A DNA stretch of 64,000 nt from Basidiobolus meristosporus CBS 931.73 (GCA_002104905.1 MCFE01000477.1:4475-68474), one strand, 5' to 3'. Counted from the stretch's first letter, positions 24,291 through 37,501 are shown. The notes: generated by a model not told the origin, from the sequence alone. A program made the numbers and translations.

Positions 24291-26787
24291 GGTTATGCGC
24301 CCAAGCTGTCACTCTCTGCAATGTCTACTACTGCTATTACTGGAATTTTTCCCTCTGCTGAAAAGTTGGATGAATCTAACTACCAAGTGTGGAAGGTGAA
24401 GATGAAGATGGTTGAAGTTGGTGGAGAGAGAAATTGGTGAAAAAATCAAGAAAATACACACTGAAAATGGTGCAGAATATACCTCAAAACTCTTCATCCA
24501 CTTCTATAAAATTCACGAGATAAAGCAAGAGACCACTGTACCATACTCCCCACAGCACAATGAAGTAGCAGATTGTGTAAACAGCTCAACAACTGATATG
24601 GCCAGATCTATGATCCATGATCAAATGTTTCCTATGATTTTTGGGCAGAATCAGTTGCCACTGCTGTATACCTTAAAAATAGGAGTTATAACAGAGTACT
24701 GAGTGCTTCTACTCCATTTGAAGCATGGTATGGGTACAGACCAAGTGCAGAACATCTAATGATAATTGAGTGTACAGTATATGTTAAGAAACTGCACAGA
24801 AATCAGTCAAAATTTGAGCCAAAATATGTAAAATGCATATTTTTGGGTTACTGCAATGCAAGTAAAGCATACAGACTCTACAATACCAAAGCAAAGAGGC
24901 TAATCAAGTCCAGGGATGTGTTGTTTGATGAAAATTCAAAACTTTCACAGAAAATGACATCAGATGATGACAAAAATTTGATCTTAAGCCCAACAATAGT
25001 CAGGATTGAATAAGAGCAAAACAATGAAAGCTTTTCACTCTGGAGGACTCTACAACTGTGGTTCAGCCTGAATCAGTGTCCAGGAATATCTCAGAAGTGA
25101 TTATACGAGTATCAAATGCCAGGTGATCCAATTGGACAAGAAATAGCCCAAATTACTATATTGATGAGGGTACAAACTTAGCCTATGCCTATTCAGTCCA
25201 TATTGATGAGCCCCAGACTGTAAATGATGCCCTAAATAGCACTCAGACAAAGTTTTGGAGATCTGCAACGGCTGAGGAATATCAGGCCCTGATAGAAATC
25301 AAACTTGGGACTTGGTCAAATTACCAATCAACCAAATATCAATTGGATGCAGATGGGTGTTTGAGACAAAAATCAAGGCTGATAGTACAGTTGAAAGATA
25401 CAAAGCAACACTTGTGGCCAAAGGATATTCCAAGCAAAAGGACTTGACTCTACTGAGTCCTTTATGCTGGTAGACAAGTTTAATTCCATCGGATTAATAT
25501 TGGCTATTGCAGCCAAATACAAGTTTTTTATACATCAAATGGATCTAAAAACTGCATTTTTGAATGGAGAACTTGATAAGGATGTGTATATGGACCAGCC
25601 TGATGGTTTTGTTGACCAAGGGAATCCCCATTTGGTCTGCAAGCTTAAAAAATCTCTGTATGGTCTCAAACAATCATTGAGAGCCTGGAATTGCAAGATA
25701 GATTCTTATTTGGAATCTTTGGGTTTCAAAAGGAGTAATGCTGACTATAGTATATACTATAATCCAGATAGAGCAAGTCTAGTTCTATTAGCTCTCTATG
25801 TGGATGATCTTATTATAGCCACCAATAACCTAGCAACATTGGAAGAGACTAAATCTAGACTATCTCAGGAGTTCAAGATGTCCAATCTAGGAGAACTCAG
25901 TTACTACTTAGGGAGTACGTTCTCCATAGACAGGAGTACCCAGACTATCACCCTCAGCCAATCCAAGTATATTCAAGATATACTTAAGAAGTACCAAATG
26001 GAAGACTGTAAACTGGCTGCTACCCCAATGGAGACAAACTGTAACTTGGTCAAAACTCAACCAAGTCAAGAGAGCTTGGCACTATCTGAAAGCCTTGAGC
26101 TTCATTATCAATCTATGGTTGACACTCTGATGTATAATATGCTTCAGACATGTCCAGATATCACATATTCAGTGGGAGTTGTCAGCCAATATAATCAGGT
26201 CTATGGATCTGATTATATTGCAGCAGTTGAGTGGATTTTAGATACCTGAAAGGAACAGCTGATGTCTGCTTAAGGTACTCTTATAAAGATTCAGAGCAGG
26301 ATCTTGTGGGATACTTTGATGTAGACTGGGGACAAAACTTAGAAGACAGAAGATCCAACACAGGATACAGCTTTCTTTACTGTAAAGGAGCAAATTCATG
26401 TAGTTCAAGAAAGCATCCAACTGTGGCACTTTCCACCACACAGGCAGAGCCTATGGCAGCCTGTGAGGCTACAAAACAAGTAATGTGGTTAAGAAATTTT
26501 TTTAAAGACTTAGACTGATGTCAAAAAGTGCCTATGGCTTAATATTATGATAATCAAGGATGCAGACAATTAGGTAGAAATCCAACTTTCCATATTAGCA
26601 CTAAGCACATAGATATTAGATATCAGTTTATATGTGAAGCTATAGGGAATGACTTAGCTAGCTTAGTTTACTGTCCTATTGATGAGATGATTGCAGACAC
26701 ATATACCAAATCATTAGCTAGAGACAGGTTTGATTATCTTAGGTCAAAATTAGGACTAGTCAGTATGAGCATTTAATTGAATTGGAG
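24291..26787 (+). mobile_element. Copia internal region with most of gag/protease deleted (integrase, RT, RNase H relics)
   Basis: Gag start joins directly to integrase at ~24410 (compare 59880 and 61390); IHTENGAEY, FEPKYVKCIFLGY, HQMDLKTAFLNG, LALYVDDLII. Confidence 0.9.
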
Positions 26788-28090
26788 TGCTGTAGAATTT
26801 GCAATTCCACCTAAATATTCACCACACTTAGGCACTTCAATTATTACCTACAAACTTTAGGGAATACTGACTAAATTCCTTGTTGGAACTCACTTGGAAT
26901 ATTTTCACCAGAAACATCCAGTACCCAGAGCATTATAATTCTCAAAGTTTTACAAGCAGCCCCCAGCTTGGCACAAATGCTCTGGGGAACATCCTGAGCA
27001 TTTCTATGAGCTTTTAGTGCCAAGATCATGTAAAAGTATAAATACCACTTTTCCATTCAATAAGGCATTAAGTGAAAGCCACATTACCTCCTTGTTCTCC
27101 CAATCACTTCCAATATCTCCAAGACTCTTACAACATGTAATAGTTATTAGTTTCACCATGATATCAACCAAATTTAGTCACTTTGCTGATTACCTAAAAG
27201 TCTTGGAGAGTTCCAGTCAAATCCCATGTTGGGATTTACTTGGAACATTTTAACCAAATTATCAGATACTCAGAAGATGAGATTTTTAAAGCTGCCAATA
27301 TAGCTTAACACTTTGCACATGTGGTATTGGGACCTTTCCAAACATTTTCTGTGTGGTTTTTGCTATAACCATGAGATAGTATAATGACTAATACTATATT
27401 TGATAAGTCATAAGGTGAAAACCACATAATCTACTTGTTCTTCCAATCAGTTCCAATATCTCCATGACTCTGACAATAGTGGGTTTTGAGAGACTTGAAA
27501 TTCAACTGATATTGTGACAGTACACAGCTGGCCTTTGCTAAAAAAAATTTCATAACAAGACATATGCAGTGGGAGGCACTTTGTTCTTTCTTCTGATATC
27601 TTAGGGCTCCTTCTCTAGCACCTTGATGAGTGTACTCCTCTCCCACAACAATTTCCCAAAAACCACTTTCCTGTATCTTTGCCCTCACCTTCTAGACTTG
27701 ATGGCAAGATCCATCCAACTACACAGCAGAGTGAAGAATTCTAGTAATAGCAGTGGTTGACATCCCAGTGAGGGTCAGCTTGGGGCTTACATCTGGCAGT
27801 AAGAGTTTAAGCAATATTGAAAGGGAATGGAAGAACAAGCAAATAATATGGTTTTGACTAAAGGATTTACTGAAAGTATAAAGGGTATTTACACTCTTCC
27901 ATGGTGTTGGCAAAACAAACCCATGAAAGAGATTTAGAAAGGTCCCAAGCGAATTATGCAAAGCTTAGAGCTGTTTAAACAACCTTGAGATTTTTGGGAT
28001 TGGGGTACCTGGAGTTTTGATGAAAATATTCCAAGTAAATCCCAACAAGGAATTTGGGCAGAATTCTCTAAGATCTGTAGACTATGATCT
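26788..28090. repeat. Copia LTR cluster: 3' LTR 26788-27135, diverged LTR ~27136-27475, then an inverted gag start, PBS and LTR (~27476-28090, minus strand)
   Basis: Repeated LTR cores; minus-strand ORF 27431-27688 (FWEIVVGEE...QKKEQSA) resembles the gag at 59809. Confidence 0.75.
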
Positions 28091-28625
28091 AAGCGACTAA
28101 GTTGGGTGAATATTTTGGTGCGATTACGAATTTTTACAACAGAATACCCATGGTAGTAGTGGGTAAGCAAATAAAGAGGCTTGATTCTACAGTGGAATCT
28201 AGGAATGGCACAAGGGGAGGTAGAAAAATGCAATACCATTTGGTAAATTGGTACGGTAGCATTACACAGGACTAGCTGTAGGCTGCCATACTGCCATGAT
28301 AATGCCAACAGAGGTCTGCATCAAGGCCACCCCGGTGAGCCTGAATCGACCAAGAAGCCACTGGGTGATAGACGGTTGGGGTTGGATTTTTGTCGAGAGA
28401 TGGGAGCGGATTGGGAGCGAACATGCATCGAGGTAGGACGGCCAAACCTGTACCGCAAGCGAAACAACCTTGCTCAAGACATCCCACACGTAGGAGAAAC
28501 CACCACCACCCGAAACGCGTTTCAATCCGGGGGGAAGTGAGGAGTGATCGGGGGTGAAACTGCGTTGGGGATCCACCATATAAATCGGGGCCCGCCAGCA
28601 CCACCTCACCACCATCTCTGCAAAC

Positions 28626-29051
28626 ATGAGACTAGCAGGACTGATTACGCTTGCGTCGTGGTTGGTGGGCTCCGGGGTGACCGGGCAGATCCCCAGCTCG
28701 TGTCCCGCCCGCGCCCCGACCAACAGGTTCCTGAAGAAGGCGGGATGCCCGTGGATCCGGCAGGGGGACAACGGGACCATCGGGAGCTGCTGCGAGGAAA
28801 AGGACTCCTGCTACAGTAACTGTAACAAGAAGAAGAACGAGTGCGACGAGGAGTTTCGGGGATGCATGCTGGACCTATGCATCAACGAGTTTGTCCCCGC
28901 GAACCCCGAGTGGGGAGATACCACGAAATGTCTGGATTACTGGAACCAGCTGGACGCCGCCGGGGCCCGCAGATGGCGTTTGCACAGGGCGGAAGATTTC
29001 TCCTGCCAGGCATACGAGAGAGCCCGCAAGTCGGGTCGTTGTACCACCTGA
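28626..29051 (+). CDS. Secreted Cys-rich group-XII-like phospholipase A2 homologue, catalytic His replaced by Lys
   Basis: Hydrophobic N-terminus; CCEEKDSCYSNCNKKKNECDEEFRGCM..C matches CCxxHDxCYxxCxxxKxxCDxxFxxC except H>K; TATAAAT at ~28578. Confidence 0.7.
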   Translation: MRLAGLITLASWLVGSGVTGQIPSSCPARAPTNRFLKKAGCPWIRQGDNGTIGSCCEEKDSCYSNCNKKKNECDEEFRGCMLDLCINEFVPANPEWGDTTKCLDYWNQLDAAGARRWRLHRAEDFSCQAYERARKSGRCTT

Positions 29052-29292
29052 TCTCGCGAAAAATAAATGTTGATTCACCATCCACGAGGTTCTCCGAGGG
29101 TTTATTACAGCGAATGATTAGAGGATGGAGTGGGGTGGAGTGGAGTGGCTGGGTAATAGGGCCAACTAAAAGGGGGGAGTCTCTCTAGGATGCGGCCTTC
29201 TTTACAACTTGTGAGCATCGAAGTAATATTTAGCAACGCCTAATTACAGAAATGAACAGGATTGGAGGTATCGGTTCTAGGGAGAAGTGGGC

Positions 29293-30842
29293 TCAGGGCA
29301 GCTGCCGGATAATGTTCACCAGGTAGTCCTTTTCCTCGATAAACTGTTCGTCGTCTAATTCTTGTCGTCAGTGGATCTGCCAATGGCGAGGGCACGTGGT
29401 TGGAATAGGCTTACCGTTACGACCGTTGCTGAGACTGCTCAGGTAGACGATCAGCTTCTCCTGGTTCTTCTTCAGGATCTCGGCGACCGGGTGCGTTTTG
29501 TTGGGGTTTGCCACGAAGATCTAGAGGGGATGGTAAGTAACAGGATGGACAAGAGAGGTAGGGGCCTTTCATCATCACCTTGAATACATGGTACGCCTCG
29601 ATCTGGATGTTTTTACTGGGATCGCGCAAAAGGTTCATGATCATCTTCAGGTTCTCGGAATATCCAATGAACTTGGTCATCACCTGGAAATTCGCTCGGT
29701 TCAGCAGGATCTCCGAGAGAAGCTATGGATTCCGGTTAGTGAGGTGGGCTTGTGTACCGGAAGCAAGATCTGGCGCCTACCTTGAGTGATTGCCGTTTAG
29801 TCACATAGTTAGGAGACATTAATAATCCATTATAGTTGTCAAAGAACTGGTGGGTGACTGGTTAGTGGGTGTCGTGACCATGAACAGTTTCGATTTCCTC
29901 ACTTTATCGTAATCTTTGATCAAGAAGGCGGGGGTTAACTCTTTGTGGCGGGTCAGGATGTCCTAAAGAAGCAGTCGATGTTAGGGGAGTTGGGGACGAC
30001 GCCACCACGGGAATTATTCTCAATTACCTTGAAGGTGGAGAAAGCATCGCTAGAGATGTCAAATGTATCCGACTCGATGTACTTGAAGAACTTGTAGAAC
30101 TCTGGACTTTCGAGCAATCCTTTGGCCAAGGGTGGGTATTTGGCACAGTCCCTGAGGATGGAGCCACAGCATAGGGCTATCTCGGGGTTGCCATAACTAT
30201 CCAGTGAAGCTGGTTAATCATCCGCCCAAAATCTGCATCCTCAACTACGTAGTTACTCACCCGTGCAGTATGGCAAAGAGCGTGTGAGATTTCTCAGAAA
30301 GATAATCCACTGTGGGGTGTCTGCTAGCGATTTGCCGACGAAGAAGCATACCGAAGATGCTCACCACGTCCTTTCTGGTCTGGATTCCCGGTTTAGTGAG
30401 GAGTACCATGGGCATCTGGACCCTTTCTTGTTGAACACATACCTCAAACTCGAGTGCAGGCAGCTTCATCACAAGTAACTGTAGCAATTCAACCTTGTAT
30501 ATCTCCTGAGCAAGCTGAGCAACTAGATGCAGGGTGTCATCTCGCTGAATAGGACAGCCTGCATGAAGGAAACACAGACATACCATCATCTCCACCAAGC
30601 ATCGCTTTCATCAGTTGGACATTCCTGGTGATCTCCTCGGTAGCCTGCAATACAAACCGGTTAAGTAAACCCCTTGAAGGTTAACTCCACTTCTGCACGC
30701 CAAAGCGAACGAAAAGTGGGAGGTTCTCGAGGGATAGACATACTCTTTTCCATTCCGGTCCGTCGATTCTATACAACGCATCCTTCACCCCGCGAACCAC
30801 GTCCTGAGGGGTCTTGTTTTTGGATTTAAAGAAAAAGCTCAT
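29293..30842 (-). CDS. HYM1: MO25/Hym1/CAB39 family scaffold protein, multi-exon
   Basis: Exons read [96 protein letters not shown]; short GT-AG introns. Confidence 0.93.
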
Positions 30843-31614
30843 GTCAATAAGGACCGGTTAACAAAGAGTGGGTGGGGGAATGGCTTTCGGGACTTTGTAT
30901 CCCTGACGATGTAACAGTAGCGTCCTTAAAATCCCCTCGGGCCAATCAGCTGCGAGTGGGTTGAAATGAATAAACAAACCACTGAGTGCCTGGTGGGATT
31001 CGGAGTGGTTGCCAAATATCTTGCCATAGTGGTCAAATGCGTGCGTGGGAGATCTCGATATTTCTCTGGCCGGGAATCCTCATATGTGCGATGTTTTGTT
31101 TATCACGCCGCCATTTGGATTGGATCAAATTGGATGGGGAACGCGCATACCAACGATTGGCACAACGCTTCATTCGTGTTGATTGTTGGCTGATTGAGTG
31201 CTTTCTGCCACGGTGGCTAAATATTATGATTGGGAGTATGTTTATTTCAGACTAAATGCACCTTGTTTCTTCCAGGGTCGTGTGACCTTTCTCCTTCCAC
31301 TGGAATGGCACATCTTTGCTGATTCTACCTATAGATTAGCTCATAAAAGGATATTTAATTTAATCCGCTTCCTCTTCCATCAGCCCAAATGAGCAGTAGT
31401 TATGACGCTCCTTGTAGGGGCAATGAATGGTCTTCACAACAACAGCTCTATGCCCATCAATTACCCATGACTGTTATTATTCTGCCTATGTTACTGATCC
31501 CATCAGCAAGCATAGGAAAGATCAACCTTATGGCACGTGACCCAATCGGTGGCTATAAATTTACGATAATTGCGGGATTTCAAGCAACCCTGACCCCTCC
31601 TCTCACCCCTTGTG

Positions 31615-31863
31615 ATGAACCAACCCACAACCAACACCAATGATAGTCACGAATTGGTCCGATTTCTTCAGAGCATTGAATCGTAAGTACATCACAGTGG
31701 AATAACTCTGTGTTCCAGGGTACAAACTGATTCCCCCCTCTCGGATAGATTGTCGGAGGAAATCTTGGATGAAATACTTGTTGAATGTACCAACGAACTT
31801 TACACCGCGTCCGATTCACTTGTAGAGAAGATTTTCAAGGAGGAGTTCCTAACGGAGGGCTAG
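31615..31863 (+). CDS. Putative small spliced ORF (60 aa) or the 3' exons of a longer unresolved gene
   Basis: 66-bp intron 31683-31748 (GTAAGT...CTGAT...TAG); spliced frame MNQPTTNTNDSHELVRFLQSIESLSEEILDEILVECTNELYTASDSLVEKIFKEEFLTEG*. Confidence 0.45.
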
Positions 31864-32964
31864 CTTTCTCTCAATTGGAAGCCCGAATTCTTGGTTGACA
31901 CTGCATTGTAGCTTGTATATTAGAAGGGAGCTCCTCAAGCTAGTTTGATAGACTGAGTGGCAGCTTTGGCTCCTGGACATAGATAATACGCATATTCCAC
32001 GAGTGTTCTATTCATCTACTTGGTGTGTTGGTTTCTATTCTATTATCCTCCCACTTGAGTTCACGTCTATTTGGCTTTCTGTATTCTAAACCAAACAACA
32101 CATCTCAACATTTTAAGAAGGCAATCACTTCAAGGGAGTTTACAACGTCGCGAAGTTTCCTACACCATTAGTCATCCCCAACAAGATCTCTAGAGATCAA
32201 TCCACCTCAGCCAAGCCTTCTTCAGCTTCCTTGACCACGTTCGATCGATGTCACATATACCAACAATACACAATCCTCAAGTGAAACTACAACCTTCTTT
32301 TAGTATTACGAGCCCCAGTGGTTTTTATAGGAATCGGAGGGGAATCAGGGGGAATCGAGGTGAATGGTTATCCCAGACGATAGAATAGAAATTGGTCATT
32401 TGATAACAGATAATCATTCCGCACTTCGCATTACACATAAGCCATGGCACACCAAGCATTCTCGTTCTGATCGCATCATTCGTCTATGATGGGTGGGAAA
32501 GTTACACGGTAACTAGACAAACATCGAACCACTAACCCAAATTTCCAATGGCTATTCTATAGATAGGATGCATGCCATACCGCTTCATACACCTGTTGGC
32601 GATGATAATCACTAGACTCGATCAGAATAATCCTGGAATAAGCCAGACGCCATTCCCACTGGCTGATTAAACTGTTCATCAGTTGGAACACCCGATAATC
32701 AGGAGAGGCTTATATGGTAAAGAGCAATAACTAATTCATCTCTGAAATGTGACTCAAGCTGATGAAACGTTGAGATTCCCTAGGAAAAAATCTGGAAAAT
32801 TTCTGGCCATTTTTACTCAGTGGAATAGGAAATCTATATATTATCTTTGGCGAGGGTGGAGTGTACTCATTAGCTTCTAACGACATACTTTCAAGTAAGT
32901 GTATTTCGCGTCGAATCCTTCTCATCTGCGCCAGGAATTTACCCTTTTGTTTCCAGGTTTTAGT

Positions 32965-35900
32965 ATGGCTTCCCACATCCGTATGGCCACTCGCCTTTTG
33001 GCTTCTCGCTCTACTTTTGCTTTGAAGTCTCTCTCTACCCCTTTGGTCGTTAGAGCTCTTCCCAAGCCTGCCTTCGCTCCTCGTTTCGCTTCCCGATTGG
33101 TCCACACTGCCAAGGCTCCTTCCAAGGATGTCTTCACTCCTTTGGACTCCTTCCCTCGCCGCCACAACGGCTCCGGTGATCAGGCCATCGGTGAGATGCT
33201 CAAGACCGTTGGTGTCAAGTCCATTGATGATCTCATTGCCAAGACTGTCCCCTCCTCCATCCGTACCGGCAAGGCTCTGGCCTTGGATAACGGTTTCCCC
33301 GAGAGAGAGTTGCTCAAGCGCTTGAAGGACATTGCATCCAAGAACAAGGTGTACCGCTCCTACATCGGTATGGGCTACACCGACACCGTCGTCCCCAACG
33401 TGATCCTCAGAAACATCATGGAGAACCCTGGGTGGTACACCCAATACACCCCCTACCAAGCCGAGATTGCCCAAGGTCGTCTCGAGTCCTTGCTCAACTA
33501 CCAAACCATGGTCACCGACTTGACCGGCATGGAGATCGCCAACGCCTCCTTGCTCGATGAGGGCACTGCCGCCGGTGAGGCCATGGTCATGTGCTACGCC
33601 GCCAGCAGAAACAAGAAGAAGACGTTCTTCGTCGACGAGAACTGCCACCCTCAGACCAATCGAGGTGATGAAGACCCGTGCCGAAGGTTTCGGCATCAAC
33701 GTCGTCGTCGGAAACTACAAGACCTTCGACTTTGAGGCCGCCAAGAACGAAGTCTCCGGTGTGTTGATCCAGTACCCCGCCAACGACGGCATCGTCATTG
33801 ACTACAAGGAGTTCACCGACAGAATCCACGGCCTCGGTGGTCAAGTCGTCTGCGCCACCGACCTCCTCGCACTCACCATGCTCAAGCCCCCTGGCGAGTT
33901 CGGAGCCGACATCGTCTTGGGTAACAGCCAACGCTTCGGTGTTCCCCTCGGTTATGGCGGCCCACACGCCGCCTTCTTCGCCTGTACCAAGGACAACGCC
34001 AGAAGAATGCCCGGAAGAATCGTCGGTGTCTCCAAGGATGCCGCCGGCAAGAAGGCCCTTCGCTTGGCCCTCCAAACCCGTGAGCAACACATTCGTCGTG
34101 AGAAGGCCACCTCCAACATCTGCACCGCTCAGGCTTTGTTGGCCAACATGGCCGCCATGTACGCCGTCTACCACGGACCTGAGGGCGTCAAGCAGATTGC
34201 CCAAAGAATCCACAACTTCACCAGCATCCTCTCCGCTGGAGTCCGTCGCGCTGGCCACACCATCCAGAACGAGACCTTCTTCGACACCCTCACCATCAAG
34301 GTGAACGGTGGCTCCGAGGGTGTCATCAAGAAGGCCCTCGACAACGGAATCAATCTCCGCCGCATCGATGAGGCCACCGTTGGTATCACCCTGGACGAGA
34401 CCGTCACCCGCAAGGACTTGGAGGACCTCTTGACGGTGTTCTCCGCTGATGGCTCCGTCCCTGACGTTGCCGTTCTCGCCGCCGAGGCCGGGGTCAGCGA
34501 GGGCAAGCCAGCCCAGAACTTCCCTAGCTCTCTTGCCCGTACGTCCAAGTACTTGGAGCACGACATCTTCAACAAGTATCACTCCGAGACCGACATGCTC
34601 CGCTACATCCACCACTTGCAGTCCAAGGACCTCTCGCTCACTCACTCCATGATCCCCCTCGGATCCTGCACCATGAAGCTGAACGCCACCACCGAGATGA
34701 TCCCAGTCACCTGGCCCGAGTTCGGCAACATCCATCCATTCGCCCCCGCTGACCAGGTCGAGGGTTACAAGATCATGCTCGACGAGCTCGCCGAGGATCT
34801 TGCCGTGGTGACCGGTTTCGACGAGGTCTCGCTTCAGCCCAACAGCGGTGCCCAGGGTGAGTATGCTGGTCTCCGTACCATCAAGGCCTACCACGAGTCC
34901 CGCGGGGAGGGTCAGCGTGATGTTTGCTTGATCCCCATCTCCGCCCACGGCACCAACCCTGCCTCCGCCGCCATGGCCGGCATGAAGGTCGTCATCGTCA
35001 ACTGCAAGCCCAACGGCAACTTGGATCTCGATGACCTCAAGGCCAAGGCCGAGAAGCACAAGGAGAAGCTGGCCGCTGTGATGGTCACCTACCCGTCCAC
35101 CTTCGGTGTGTTCGAGGACGGGATCAAGGATTTGTGTGAGATCATCCACACCAACGGCGGTCAGGTCTACATGGACGGTGCCAACATGAACGCCCAGATT
35201 GGCATCTGCTCTCCTGGTGACATCGGAGCCGATGTTTGCCACTTGAACTTGCACAAGACCTTCTGCATTCCTCACGGTGGCGGTGGACCAGGCATGGGCC
35301 CCATCGGTGTCAAGTCTCACTTGGCCCCCTTCCTCCCTGGCCATCCTTTGGTCAAGACGGGTGGTGACAAGGCCATCGGGCCCATCTCCGCCGCTCCCTT
35401 CGGCTCCTCCAGCATCCTTCCCATCTCCTGGGCGTATGTCAAGCTGATGGGAGCCAAGGGTATCACCGAGGCCACCCACCAAGCCATCCTCAACGCCAAC
35501 TACATGAGAAGCCGCCTCGAGAACCACTACAAGGTCCTCTACACCAACGAGAACGGCATGTGCGCTCACGAGTTCATCCTCGACATCCGTCCATTCGGGG
35601 AGACTGCTGGCATCGAGGCCATCGATGTCGCCAAGAGACTCCAGGATTACGGATTCCACTCGCCCACCATGTCCTGGCCCGTCGCCAACACCCTCATGAT
35701 CGAGCCCACCGAGTCCGAGTCCAAGGCCGAGTTGGACCGCTTCTGCGACGCCATGATCTCCATCCGTGAGGAAATCCGTGCTGTCGAGGAGGGCAAGCAG
35801 CCCAAGGTCGACAACGTCCTCAAGAACTCCCCTCACCCTCTCGACCGTCTCATGGCCAACGAGTGGACCCATCCTTACTCTCGTGAGCAAGCGGCCTACC

Positions 35901-36013
35901 CCAAGGCCTGGTTGAAGGAGCGCAAGTTCTGGCCCACCGTTTCCAGAATCGACGACGCCTACGGTGACCGTAACCTCATCTGCTCCTGCCCACCAGTCAG
36001 CGATTACGAGTAA
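32965..36013 (+). pseudogene. GCV2: Glycine decarboxylase (GCS P-protein), copy 1, with a +1 frameshift at 33656-33657
   Basis: [19 protein letters not shown] and [18 protein letters not shown] motifs; CAGACCAATC versus CAGACAATC in the intact copy. Could be an assembly error. Confidence 0.85.
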
Positions 36014-36564
36014 GCTGGCCGGTCGGTCTCACGTAATAGACACATGGTAATCGGATGACACGAAGACAAATACCATAACGACGACGACACATTCCTCGGA
36101 ACATTAATCATTACATCACAATATGACAATTTATTGTACAGAAACGAACATTCATCCCATCAAGGTCAATAAAACCCATTTATCCCGCATCCACGCTCAT
36201 GACACCTAACAAATGGGTCGATTTTCTAAGATTTACAACAGAGTGATGCCATCAGTGAATCCACTTCGAGGCAATGGGACGTGGATCAATTGGCTCATGC
36301 CAGGTGAGAGCAATATATTTAGCGAATCTCGGATCCATCAGGTTTTGCGATTTGGAACTGATCGTCCCCTTGCGGAAATCCAACCTCAGACCAATCCCTA
36401 TCCTGGTCCTGATCCTGGCCATCCCATTGGTTACTCTGACGTCAAGATGGTTCTGGAACAGAATACGGCTGATGCCAAGGAATTTGGAACTAAACCATAA
36501 TCGTGGCTTTGGAGGACTATATAAGCGGTCGAAGGGATGCCGAGTGACACGAAATCTCCTCAAC

Positions 36565-37188
36565 ATGTAAGTGTACCCTTCTCCCTTCACCGATCAGCTA
36601 CCTCCTTGGGACTAACTTGGACATTTTCAGGTCATACGATCCCAGTGTTTCTCTCAATGACGGCCATCAGTACGATCCGACCTCGACCTCCACGCCCACC
36701 TACAACTCCAATCCCCGGGTCGACCACGATCGAACGAAGCTCGTGCAGAAGCAAGTGGACGAGGTAGTCAACATCATGCAGGACAACATCAACAGCGTCC
36801 TCGATCGGGGCGAGAAAATGGAGAACCTGAACTCCAAAGCGAGTAAGTACCGTCATTCGGGATGATCCGTCCCGCGGCATATCACTTACCCATATCCTAG
36901 GTGACCTGGAAATGGGCTCGAGGCAGTTCAAGCGCGGGGCCCACGGTGTACGTAAGAAGATGTGGTGGAAGAACATGAAGATGCGGTTCGCCATTTTGGC
37001 AGTCATCCTTCTGATCTTGTTGTGCATCATAGGTAAGTGGCGGATCGGCGGATTTGGATTCGTGGCCACCGGATGTATCTAACTCCTTGATAGTTCCAAT
37101 TATAGTGAAGTCCAAGTCCAACCATACTTCCGCACCCTCCCCATCGCCGACACTCACCCCTACTCCTTCTCCCTCACCGACTGCCTAA
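36565..37188 (+). CDS. SNC1: Synaptobrevin/VAMP R-SNARE, 4 exons
   Basis: VQKQVDEVVNIMQDNINSVLDRGEKMENL...KKMWWKNMK plus TM helix. Introns 36567-36630, ~36843-36900 and ~37033-37090; start codon inferred as AT|G across intron 1. Confidence 0.88.
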
Positions 37189-37501
37189 CCTATTCTCATG
37201 TATATTCACCATGTACCCTATTGACTCCTGTACTGTCTGTTTTTACACTAATAACAAGCCTATATTATGACATCAGCATGATGATCCCACGGATGATTAA
37301 TGGCCACTTTCCCCCGAACAGTACCAACTGCACTTGGAGAGATCCGATTGGTCGGGAGTCTAACAGTCCTCATTCAGAGAGCTATTTTATTAACTGCTTG
37401 GTAACAGTGCATGAGTGGTTGATGGTAAGCATGCGCGCATGAATAATGGTTGGAAAGGTGCAATGATGGGATTATGATTAGGATGCTGGATACATTCGGG
37501 A

